A program made the translations under genes and the position numbers. A DNA stretch of 64,000 nt from NCBI GenBank assembly GCA_025450105.1, contig JANWIA010000024.1:229-64228 (forward strand). The letters are read 5' to 3'. Positions within the stretch are counted from its first letter, which is position 1; each line of letters opens with the position of its first letter. A model generated the notes under the pieces. The model did not search any database. It was not told the origin of the DNA and worked only from the letters and a program-made list of their open reading frames with translations. Below, piece after piece: positions 9,388-16,829 of the stretch. This DNA is from Candidatus Doudnabacteria bacterium. GTDB taxonomy: Bacteria > Patescibacteriota > Doudnabacteria > UBA920 > O2-02-FULL-48-8.

Positions 9388-10596
9388 ATGCCAAACAGTA
9401 ATCTCAGTAGTGCAAAAAACGCAAAGAACGATGAGTTTTATACCCAGTACAGCGATATTCAAAAAGAGATTGAAGCGTATTTGGAATACAACCCAGATGT
9501 ATTCCGCGACAAGGTGGTGTATTGCAACTGTGACGATCCATATGAGAGTAATTTTTTTCGATATTTTGTGCTCAATTTCAAGAAACTTGGATTGAAGCAG
9601 CTTATTACTACTAGCTATAAACCTTCACCCGTTGCCAATACACAATTGGGATTGTTGGGTGATGATAAAACTCTTACGAAATCAAAAGGCCGTCCTAAGT
9701 TAACCGCCAACAAGTTCATTATCAACGAAGTGCATGATATAGATGGTAATGGTGAGTTCAACTTAAAAGATGTCGCTAAGCAGTTAAAGGCTAACAAACA
9801 TAACGAATGGACACCACTAGAAGGCGAAGGCGACTTCCGTAGCGACGAGTGTGTTGACCTGCTTAACCAATCCGATATCGTGGTAACGAATCCACCGTTC
9901 AGTCTGTTTCGCGAATATGTTAAACAACTTTTTGATTATAAAAAAAAGTTTGTGATTATTGGTAATAAAAACAACGTGACATCGAAGGAAATTTTTCCCT
10001 TGTTTAAAGCCAATAAAATGTGGTCAGGAAGAACAGAATGGTCTGGTGGGTTGTGGTTCGTAACGATGGATGACGGTGATGTTGACAAGGTGATTGATGG
10101 TGTCAACATGAAAAATGTGCCTGCTATTTGGTTGACAAATCTCGACCACGGACGTCGTCATCAACCATTGCCACTTATGACAATGGAAGAAAATTTGAAA
10201 CACAGCAAACACAAAGAAATTAAAGGTAAAAAGGCATATGATAAATATGACAATTACGATGCTATAGAAGTGTCATTTACAGATGCTATCCCAAGTGATT
10301 ATGACGGCGTAATGGGTGTACCGATTAGTTTTTTGGACAAATATAATCCCGACCAATTTGAAATTGTTGGTATAACTTCTGGAAGAGATGAATTTGAAAG
10401 TAGGCCTTCAAAAAAGTACTTAAACCCCCAACAACATAATCCGAATGGCACCATAACGAATGGAAGTAAAGCAAATACTCGTGCGACAATTCTGTTAAAG
10501 AATATTCCTTCCGATATTTATTACACCGCAGATAATGCGAGCGGACCCCTTATGATTGCGTATGCGAGAATTTTAATTAAGCATAAGAAAAAATAA
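9388..10596 (+). CDS. Adenine-specific DNA methyltransferase, EcoRI family
   Basis: KNDEFYT, YCNCDDP, GDFRS, TNPPFSLFREY, YDNYDAI and MGVPISFLDKYNP motifs. Confidence 0.9.
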   Translation: MPNSNLSSAKNAKNDEFYTQYSDIQKEIEAYLEYNPDVFRDKVVYCNCDDPYESNFFRYFVLNFKKLGLKQLITTSYKPSPVANTQLGLLGDDKTLTKSKGRPKLTANKFIINEVHDIDGNGEFNLKDVAKQLKANKHNEWTPLEGEGDFRSDECVDLLNQSDIVVTNPPFSLFREYVKQLFDYKKKFVIIGNKNNVTSKEIFPLFKANKMWSGRTEWSGGLWFVTMDDGDVDKVIDGVNMKNVPAIWLTNLDHGRRHQPLPLMTMEENLKHSKHKEIKGKKAYDKYDNYDAIEVSFTDAIPSDYDGVMGVPISFLDKYNPDQFEIVGITSGRDEFESRPSKKYLNPQQHNPNGTITNGSKANTRATILLKNIPSDIYYTADNASGPLMIAYARILIKHKKK

Positions 10597-10597
10597 T

Positions 10598-11770
10598 ATG
10601 ATAACAACTTTAAAAACAAACATTACTGTTAAAGATATTTGCGAAGGGTTCGTTTATAACGAACTGGAAGGTAAAGGTCTATTCGGTTTGTCTGGCAAGC
10701 TCACTATTCAGCCGGAGTATCAGCGTAACTATCTATATAAAGATGAAAAGCGAGAAGCTAGCGTTATTGAATCAATTCTCAAAAAATATCCAATAGGTTT
10801 GATTTACTTTAATAAAGTAAATAAGGATAAATTCGAAGTTTTGGATGGACAACAACGCATTACTAGTATTGGACGTTTTGTAACTGGTAAATTTCCTATA
10901 AAAGATGAAAATGGTCACGAGCAATATTTCGATGGCATGGCCCCAGAGAAACGAACTAGAATTGAGAATACCAAACTACTGATTTACGAATGTGAAGGAG
11001 AAGAAGCTGATATTATGAACTGGTTTGAAACTATCAATATTGCCGGGATTCCACTGAATGAACAAGAAAAAAACAATGCGGTATATTTTGGACCATTCGT
11101 AACACATGCCAAGCAAGAATTTAGTAACAGTAAAAATGCGAACATTCAGAAGTGGAACTCTTATATAAATGGTACTGCTAGACGTCAGGATTTTTTGCAT
11201 ACAGCTCTAGATTGGGTAAGTGCTTCTAAAGGTATTACTATCCGTGAATATATGAGTAGTCATCGTCGCGCTACAGATATAAAGGAATTAAAAACTTACT
11301 TTAATAATGTACTGGATTGGGTTTCTGGAGTGTTTACCGATGTAGAGACTGAGATGCGTGGGCTTGAATGGGGACGTTTATATGAAAAATTTCACAAGAA
11401 AAATTATAATCCTGAAAAACTTTCAGGAGAAGTACAGAAATTCCTAACTGACAGTTTTGTAACAGATCGAAAAGGTATTTTTGAATATATCCTTGGTGGG
11501 TCTCAAGACAAAAAATTACTCAATATAAGAGTTTTCAGTGAAGCTGTAAAGAAAGACACGTACTCAAAGCAAACTGCCGAAGCCGAAAAAAAAGGAAAAT
11601 CAAATTGCTCGTATTGTGCTATTGGACATGATGCCAACAAGAGTAAGATTTGGAAACTTTCCGAAATGGATGCTGATCATGTCACAGCTTGGAGTAAGGG
11701 AGGTAAAACAGCAATAAATAACTGTGAAATGTTATGTAAACCTCACAATCGTGCAAAGGGCAACAGGTAG
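10598..11770 (+). CDS. DUF262 (GmrS/ParB-like) domain plus C-terminal HNH endonuclease
   Basis: PEYQR, DGQQR and FETINIAG; C-terminal CSYC...DADH...GG.T...NCEMLCKPHNRAKG. Confidence 0.87.
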   Translation: MITTLKTNITVKDICEGFVYNELEGKGLFGLSGKLTIQPEYQRNYLYKDEKREASVIESILKKYPIGLIYFNKVNKDKFEVLDGQQRITSIGRFVTGKFPIKDENGHEQYFDGMAPEKRTRIENTKLLIYECEGEEADIMNWFETINIAGIPLNEQEKNNAVYFGPFVTHAKQEFSNSKNANIQKWNSYINGTARRQDFLHTALDWVSASKGITIREYMSSHRRATDIKELKTYFNNVLDWVSGVFTDVETEMRGLEWGRLYEKFHKKNYNPEKLSGEVQKFLTDSFVTDRKGIFEYILGGSQDKKLLNIRVFSEAVKKDTYSKQTAEAEKKGKSNCSYCAIGHDANKSKIWKLSEMDADHVTAWSKGGKTAINNCEMLCKPHNRAKGNR

Positions 11771-11805
11771 GTAACTAGGTCAGTAAATAAATTTTTATTT
11801 TTTTT

Positions 11806-12177
11806 ATGAAACAGTTGTTATTGGAAAAAGCGGTGTATTATAACCCAAATCAAGGTCCCGAGCACGGGACTGATGTTACGGATGATTTAAGAGCCCAAAT
11901 TGTAGACGGAGCGCTATTCTATAACGGTATTTATAATAATATATTTCCTGATAACTTTAAAAGAATAGACAAAAAATTAAGAATAGAGCTAACGTATAGA
12001 GGGAAAAAGTATCTTAAAATTTATTCGGAAAATGAAAAAATAAACTTACCAAGAGATCTTGGTTCAGTAATTAATAAGTGGTGGGAAAGTAATTGGTTTC
12101 AAGTTTTTGTTTTTGTAAGTGCTATTTTGGGTGTTTTGGGTTTTATTATTACAATAGTTGGGCTAGTAAATAATTGA
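11806..12177 (+). CDS. Membrane-anchored protein with possible DUF3395/SUEL-lectin-like domain
   Basis: A.Y...DVT..L...I....L.....N..F.D......K.L.I...E...INLP pattern, then a hydrophobic C-terminal helix. Confidence 0.6.
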   Translation: MKQLLLEKAVYYNPNQGPEHGTDVTDDLRAQIVDGALFYNGIYNNIFPDNFKRIDKKLRIELTYRGKKYLKIYSENEKINLPRDLGSVINKWWESNWFQVFVFVSAILGVLGFIITIVGLVNN

Positions 12178-12198
12178 AGTATTGTTTACTATAATACT

Positions 12199-12229
12199 AA
12201 AAACCGCAGCTCGATTGCCGCGGTTTTTA
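12199..12229. terminator. Bidirectional terminator
   Basis: AAAAACCGC...GCGGTTTTT between convergent genes. Confidence 0.6.
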
Positions 12230-12252
12230 AGTTTTTGTTTTGAACGATCGCA

Positions 12253-12561
12253 TTAGATTTTAGAAATAATGCTTGAATAACGGTCTGAGTTGTTTGGATT
12301 GTAATCTAGTCTAATATCAAAAGTATTGTTAGTTACTTCGATACAAGTAATTTCAGAGACATTAAATCTTCTCCAAGCGGGAATTGATCCAGTTTGGCTA
12401 TATCCTTCCGTTTGATAACCATCAAATAGTGTTTTTCCAGTAGAACTTACATAGACTATGTATGGGTCGATGGTTCGACTCAAAGAATTTTCGTAATTTA
12501 CAATAATACTTTTTTGGTTTTCTATTGCAAATTGAATCTCGTTCTCAAATTTGTAATTCAT
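12253..12561 (-). CDS. Stand-alone WYL-domain protein
   Basis: AIENQKSIIVNY, RTIDPY and WRRFNVSEI WYL pattern; AAAGGAG SD; TTGATT-N17-TAAAAT promoter at 12669-12697. Confidence 0.8.
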   Translation of the reverse strand: MNYKFENEIQFAIENQKSIIVNYENSLSRTIDPYIVYVSSTGKTLFDGYQTEGYSQTGSIPAWRRFNVSEITCIEVTNNTFDIRLDYNPNNSDRYSSIISKI

Positions 12562-12982
12562 AAATATTTTTACTCCTTTCTTTTTTAATTCTCGACCTTT
12601 GCTAATTTTAATTTAGGTTTCTCTCACTAACCTAACAAAATTATTTAAGATTGTGGATTATTAAGCCGATTTTAGCATTAACTAGCGAAAAAATCAAGCA
12701 CCTGCCGGCTAGATTACAGCATAAACCAACAACCCTGCCAAGTTGACACTCTATTGAACCCACGGTAACATAGCCCAAGTATTGAAATGGTATAATTACT
12801 ACATAAGTTCATTCAAACTGAATAGTGACAATCAAAGTATTGCTTTAACTCGGTGTCTTTTTATTGATATTTACTTACTTATTTAGTTCTCGCGTGTTCG
12901 ACAGGCCACAACAAATTACAGAAGTTTGGGATGATCAACACCCAAGAACGTAAAAAGTTAATACCAAATAAATAGACAAAAG

Positions 12983-13020
12983 AAAAGAGCCCCATCCAGT
13001 TGCTGGATGGGGCTCTTTTT
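12983..13020 (-). terminator. Strong intrinsic terminator of the microprotein pair
   Basis: AAAAGAGCCCCATCCAG-TTG-CTGGATGGGGCTCTTTT. Confidence 0.8.
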
Positions 13021-13040
13021 GGTTTCGGCGGCACATCGAC

Positions 13041-13262
13041 TTAGGCTGCGGCTTTGAGGGCGACGCCGCAGCAGAAACAGAACTTGAAGCTTGGATCTGC
13101 GGCCCACACGTGGTGGAACTCTTCGCAGCGCTCCAGTGCCGAGAACTTGGGATCGACTTCGGTGCCGCACTCCTTACAGAAGCGGCACGAGATCGAGTCG
13201 TCCTTCCTCGGCTTCTCCACGCGTTGGTGCAGGGCTACGTTGGCGCAGGTTGTTGCTGGCAT
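13041..13262 (-). CDS. 73-aa Cys-rich double-zinc-ribbon-like microprotein
   Basis: Repeated FCKECG / FCFCCG motifs, AAGGAAAGAAGGA SD, ends LKAAA. Confidence 0.72.
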   Translation of the reverse strand: MPATTCANVALHQRVEKPRKDDSISCRFCKECGTEVDPKFSALERCEEFHHVWAADPSFKFCFCCGVALKAAA

Positions 13263-13280
13263 TGCATCCTTCTTTCCTTG

Positions 13281-13439
13281 TTACGCGGCGGTGATGCCAA
13301 GACGCTTGGCCTTCTCGAGGTTCTTGTCGTGGTCGTGGTTGGTGACGCACTCGCAGGTGCCCTTGAGGCAGGCTTTGAGCCGCGCTCGCCAAATGGCAAG
13401 CCTGAGTGTTTCCAGGTCGAGCTTCTTAAGATGGCGCAC
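13281..13439 (-). CDS. 52-aa basic Cys/His microprotein MRHLKKLDLETLRLAIWRARLKACLKGTCECVTNHDHDKNLEKAKRLGITAA
   Basis: Hand-translated, not in the ORF track; AAGGAGGA SD then GTG; consensus promoter upstream. Confidence 0.7.
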   Translation of the reverse strand: MRHLKKLDLETLRLAIWRARLKACLKGTCECVTNHDHDKNLEKAKRLGITAA

Positions 13440-13466
13440 TTTTCTATCCTCCTTGAATGACGGATT

Positions 13467-13495
13467 ATACTAGCATTTACTGGCCAAATTGTCAA
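13467..13495 (-). promoter_or_regulatory. Sigma70 promoter of the 13439/13262 operon
   Basis: TTGACA-N17-TAGTAT with a TG extension on the minus strand. Confidence 0.7.
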
Positions 13496-13532
13496 TCCAA
13501 GCGTAGAATAGGGATGAAGCAAGAGGTGGGTT

Positions 13533-13754
13533 ATGCCAACAATGACGCTTCGTCTCGTTACGGAAAAAGGAGAAGAGACCATTCGGGAATATCGCTGCGA
13601 TTGGCCGGGTCTTTGCCAGGACCTTGCAGTGACCTCTGTCGGTCTCAGTGAATTCGGAACGCTGATAAGCTTTTGCAGTAACCATCTGAAGATGTATGCC
13701 GAGCAGGGGGAGTCAGAAGGAGGTTTGGGTGCCCGAGATTACTATGACGATTGA
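13533..13754 (+). CDS. 73-aa putative zinc-finger microprotein (CD-x4-C-x19-C-x2-H)
   Basis: GAGGTG SD; aligns with the downstream ORF. Confidence 0.7.
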   Translation: MPTMTLRLVTEKGEETIREYRCDWPGLCQDLAVTSVGLSEFGTLISFCSNHLKMYAEQGESEGGLGARDYYDD

Positions 13755-13914
13755 AGTTGATGGGCAAGTGGATCGGATAAGTAAATATTTCTGCGATTCG
13801 CGGAATTGTCTGGAAGAGGCGAGTGAACTACATGTAATTGCGAGCCTGCGGCAAAGGGTTTTTCTTTGCCCCAAACACGCGCTCGAGCTCTATCACAGAC
13901 AGATGAGAAAATGA
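13729..13914 (+). CDS. 61-aa putative zinc-finger microprotein (CD-x3-C-x19-C-x2-H), paralog of the upstream gene
   Basis: AAGGAGGT SD then GTG at 13729; MP..T, I17, Y20 and C22D23 are in register with the upstream ORF. Confidence 0.7.
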   Translation: MPEITMTIEVDGQVDRISKYFCDSRNCLEEASELHVIASLRQRVFLCPKHALELYHRQMRK

Positions 13915-13946
13915 GGCTCAGCCAGCAATGGTTGGGCCTTTCTCTT
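13915..13946 (+). terminator. Terminator hairpin
   Basis: AGGCTCAGCCA-GCAA-TGGTTGGGCCT then TTCTCTT. Confidence 0.65.
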
Positions 13947-13951
13947 AGGCA

Positions 13952-13987
13952 AAATAAAAAGGCGACTACGGTCTTCTGTAGTCGCCC
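13952..13987 (-). terminator. Intrinsic terminator
   Basis: GGCGACTACAG-AAGA-CCGTAGTCGCC-TTTTTATTTT on the minus strand. Confidence 0.7.
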
Positions 13988-14032
13988 TCTCGTGGAGTTG
14001 TGTTAGTGTCCGATGTGCTTCGCTGGTTGCCC

Positions 14033-14056
14033 TTATGGGTCCATGAATTCGTACAT
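14033..14056 (-). other. Candidate micro-ORF MYEFMDP
   Basis: CAGGAGG SD 7 nt before ATG, CCA-TAA end, terminator downstream. Confidence 0.35.
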
Positions 14057-14119
14057 AGGCTTTCCTCCTGTCCTGGATAAATGATAAACCTATGTAATAA
14101 ATTTTGCAAAAGCTCATTT

Positions 14120-14190
14120 TGTCATTGCGAGGAGCGGAGCGACGTGGCAATCTTCTAGAATAAGATTGCTTCGCTTCGCTCGCAATGACA
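14120..14190. repeat. REP-like doublet (GTCATTGCGAG family)
   Basis: TGTCATTGCGAGGAGCGGAGCGACGTGGCAATCT...AGATTGCTTCGCTTCGCTCGCAATGACA; half copy at 20972-21001. Confidence 0.75.
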
Positions 14191-14213
14191 GGGTAAGCAA
14201 AGTAAAAAGGGTC

Positions 14214-14375
14214 TCACCGTGTGGTGGACCCTTTTTTGGCAGCAGCCAGTTCTTTGACTTCTGCCTTGTTCTTAAATTCCCGTTTGCATTTGCTGCACTG
14301 GACTGTGTTGTCCCAGAAGACAACCTCGCCGCCACATGTGGGGCAAGGTGTTTCGAGCCTGCCGTAATCATCCAT
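14214..14375 (-). CDS. 53-aa zinc-ribbon microprotein MDDYGRLETPCPTCGGEVVFWDNTVQCSKCKREFKNKAEVKELAAAKKGSTTR
   Basis: Hand-translated; CPTCG...CSKC; TAAGGAG SD overlaps the upstream stop. Confidence 0.78.
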   Translation of the reverse strand: MDDYGRLETPCPTCGGEVVFWDNTVQCSKCKREFKNKAEVKELAAAKKGSTTR

Positions 14376-14384
14376 TTCTACTCC

Positions 14385-14564
14385 TTAACGAAAGATCGTG
14401 AATCGGGCGATTGCTAGGAACATGGTTCCAAAGATTAGTCCCGTTAGCAACCGCTGCCTGAAGCTTGAACAATCAAATTGCTTTTCGGCAATGTTCACAA
14501 CAAGCTGCCAGAGAAGCGCGTTCAGGCTTAGGAACAACAGCACACGAAGCGTTTCATCCGACAC
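14385..14564 (-). CDS. 59-aa two-helix membrane microprotein MSDETLRVLLFLSLNALLWQLVVNIAEKQFDCSSFRQRLLTGLIFGTMFLAIARFTIFR
   Basis: Hand-translated; GAGGTAGGTG SD then GTG; two hydrophobic segments; fills the gap between two microprotein genes. Confidence 0.65.
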   Translation of the reverse strand: MSDETLRVLLFLSLNALLWQLVVNIAEKQFDCSSFRQRLLTGLIFGTMFLAIARFTIFR

Positions 14565-14578
14565 GATTCACCTACCTC

Positions 14579-14740
14579 TTACTTTATGGCTTGGTTGAGG
14601 GTTCTTGGTTTTTCCTTGTACCCTCCACAATCAACGCAGTCTTCACGTTTGCAGAGACGGATTGAGTTCGGGTTCTTTGGATCCAAGCGATAGTGGTCGC
14701 CTTCGGCGTGGCCGCATTCACAGTATTTCGCGAATTTCAA
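14579..14740 (-). CDS. 53-aa Cys/His microprotein MKFAKYCECGHAEGDHYRLDPKNPNSIRLCKREDCVDCGGYKEKPRTLNQAIK
   Basis: Hand-translated; AAGGAGGA SD then TTG; CxCGH-x4-H...C-x4-C-x2-C; TTGATT-N17-TACGCT upstream at 14762-14790. Confidence 0.75.
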   Translation of the reverse strand: MKFAKYCECGHAEGDHYRLDPKNPNSIRLCKREDCVDCGGYKEKPRTLNQAIK

Positions 14741-14841
14741 TTTTATCCTCCTTGATGAGAAAGCGTATCACGGATTGCTATGCAAATCAAGCTTCTATGG
14801 CGTGCAGGAATTCCAAAGTATATAATATTCAAGGACATTTT

Positions 14842-15672
14842 ATGGACACACTTTTTTCGATTATTACGCCAACCTACAACCGCGCCTACATTTTGCCAAA
14901 AGCAATTGAATCATTACTGGCCCAGACCTATAAGAATTGGGAAATGATAATTATTGATGACGGCTCAACCGATAACACCAAGGAAGTTGTCGGGCGGTTT
15001 AATGATCCGCGCATCAAATATTTTTATCAGAACAACCAAAAGCAATGCGCGGCCAGGAACAAAGGTTTGGAATTGGCGCAAGGTCAATGGGTTTGCTATT
15101 TGGACAGCGACAACGAATTATTTCCGAACTATTTGGAAACTATGCTGGCAGAAATTCAGGCAGATCCCAATGTGGTTTTGTTGTTGCCCAAGGGCCGGCA
15201 CACAAAAGAGCTTTACGAAAATGGCAAGCTGATTAAGTCGGTGGATGACGCGGAAAATTTTCCCGAAACGCTAACACTCAAAGATTTAGCGGACAGGAAA
15301 TTGCATGCTGATATGAATGGATCAATGCACCATCGAAAAATAATTTCCGATGGGATACGCTTTGACCAAGCGGCCAGTCCATTGGAAGATTGGGATTTAT
15401 TTTTATCGATCGGCCAGAAATATCCGGATAATTTTGTTTATGTGACTAAGGAACTCTATCATTATGTGCAGCGTCACGGCGGCGACGGATTAGTAGCAAA
15501 TACCGGTTTCCGGAATTTAGCAAAGACTTACGAATATATTTTTAATAAACACAAGGCCAGTAGTCTTCTGCAAGGGCAAACCTGGTATCCTCGGAAGGTT
15601 GAGGAATATAACCGCTTGGCTGAGGAATCGGAAAACGGATCGAGTGTGGGGCTCCACGAGAAAACTATATGA
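14842..15672 (+). CDS. Glycosyltransferase family 2
   Basis: FSIITPTYNR, IDDGSTD, YLDSD and LEDWD motifs; start re-called to ATG 14842, downstream of TATAAT. Confidence 0.92.
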   Translation: MDTLFSIITPTYNRAYILPKAIESLLAQTYKNWEMIIIDDGSTDNTKEVVGRFNDPRIKYFYQNNQKQCAARNKGLELAQGQWVCYLDSDNELFPNYLETMLAEIQADPNVVLLLPKGRHTKELYENGKLIKSVDDAENFPETLTLKDLADRKLHADMNGSMHHRKIISDGIRFDQAASPLEDWDLFLSIGQKYPDNFVYVTKELYHYVQRHGGDGLVANTGFRNLAKTYEYIFNKHKASSLLQGQTWYPRKVEEYNRLAEESENGSSVGLHEKTI

Positions 15673-16124
15673 AATACTTTCTCTTAAAATCGGAACCGGG
15701 CAGTTATTCAATCGACGACCTTAAGCGGGACAAAGAAACCGTTTGGACATCTATCCGTAATTATCGTGCCCGGAATATTATGCGCGACGAAATGCAGCCA
15801 GGTGATTTATTTTTATTTTATTATTCCATGTCTGACCCAACTGGTGTTGCCGGAGTTGGGAAAATTTTAGAAGTCGGGTTGCCAGACGTGACCGCGCTGG
15901 ATAAGAAGGATGATTATTACGATCCCAAAGCGACTAAGGAAAAGAATCCTTGGGTAGCACCGAAAGTTGGGTTTGTAAAAAAGTTTAAACGCATAGTAAC
16001 TTTGGATGAAATAAAAAAAGACAAGCAATTTGCCAATATGGTTCTTCTCAAAATTCCTAGACTGTCTGTTCAACCAGTTGAAGAAAAAGTGTATAATCTA
16101 ATAGTGAGGATGGGTAATAATTAA
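15669..16124 (+). CDS. EVE domain protein
   Basis: YFLLKSEP, IRNYRARN, GDLFLFYYS and RLSVQPV motifs; ATGA overlap with the GT2 gene. Confidence 0.93.
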   Translation: MKYFLLKSEPGSYSIDDLKRDKETVWTSIRNYRARNIMRDEMQPGDLFLFYYSMSDPTGVAGVGKILEVGLPDVTALDKKDDYYDPKATKEKNPWVAPKVGFVKKFKRIVTLDEIKKDKQFANMVLLKIPRLSVQPVEEKVYNLIVRMGNN

Positions 16125-16133
16125 GAAACACCC

Positions 16134-16565
16134 ATGAATGATAAGAATAAGGTTAATTTAGTACTCGAGTTTATAAAAGGCCATAATTTAGGGGTATTAG
16201 CTACCGTTAACCGCGAAAATAAACCGGAAGCAGCTGTTATTGGTTTTTCGGAAACAGATGATTTTGAGATTTTATTCGCCACTTTTGAAAGTTCTCGCAA
16301 ATATAGTAACTTAAAAAAAGACGGTAACGTTGCTTTGGTCGTTGGTTGGGACCAGGGCAAGACTGTGCAACTTGAGGGTTTGGCGGAAGAAATTACTGAT
16401 CCGGCTAAGATTGAAAATTTTAAACGTGTTCATATGGCTAAGATTCCAACCGCTATTAAATGGTTAGGTCACAATGAGGAGAGGTTTTTTTCCATCAAAC
16501 CAAGATGGGCTCGATTTACGGATTTGGCTGTTGACCCATTTGAAATTTTTGAAATAAATTTTTAA
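16134..16565 (+). CDS. Pyridoxamine 5'-phosphate oxidase-like FMN-binding protein
   Basis: GVLATV...PEAAVI, SRKYSNL..DGNVALVV and VQLEGLA pattern. Confidence 0.85.
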   Translation: MNDKNKVNLVLEFIKGHNLGVLATVNRENKPEAAVIGFSETDDFEILFATFESSRKYSNLKKDGNVALVVGWDQGKTVQLEGLAEEITDPAKIENFKRVHMAKIPTAIKWLGHNEERFFSIKPRWARFTDLAVDPFEIFEINF

Positions 16566-16597
16566 AGGTCGGTATCTAAAAATAATTAACAAGTACT

Positions 16598-16786
16598 ATG
16601 AAACAAAAAGATTACTTATTGTGTAGTGCCTTTATTTTTTTGGCCTTGGCCGTTATGCATGCTTTGAGAATTTTAAATTCCTGGCCAGCAAGAATTGCGG
16701 AGTTTGATGTGCCAATGGCAGTGAGTTATTTTGCCTTGGTCATTGCCGCGTTTCTATCGTATACCGGTTTTAAGCTAAGCAAATAA
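16598..16786 (+). CDS. Small two-TM membrane protein
   Basis: Hydrophobic 62-aa ORF with a HALR motif, in operon position. Confidence 0.75.
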   Translation: MKQKDYLLCSAFIFLALAVMHALRILNSWPARIAEFDVPMAVSYFALVIAAFLSYTGFKLSK

Positions 16787-16829
16787 ACCGTAATTGAAAA
16801 TACCAGGGAGACCTGGTATTTTAATTTGT

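Noticed and set aside
12700-12960. Possible gene remnant in the AT-rich spacer
   Set aside because: The frames I inspected gave only short unrecognisable peptides, and no clear structure was seen.
13054-13582. Longer ORFs 13054-13473, 13110-13460, 13174-13392 and 13235-13582
   Set aside because: They lack SD and promoter support; the two minus-strand microproteins explain the SD, promoter and terminator positions.
14605-14841. N-terminal extension of the GT2 ORF
   Set aside because: Not GT-like; it overlaps a minus-strand microprotein and its promoter, and a -10 box precedes ATG 14842.
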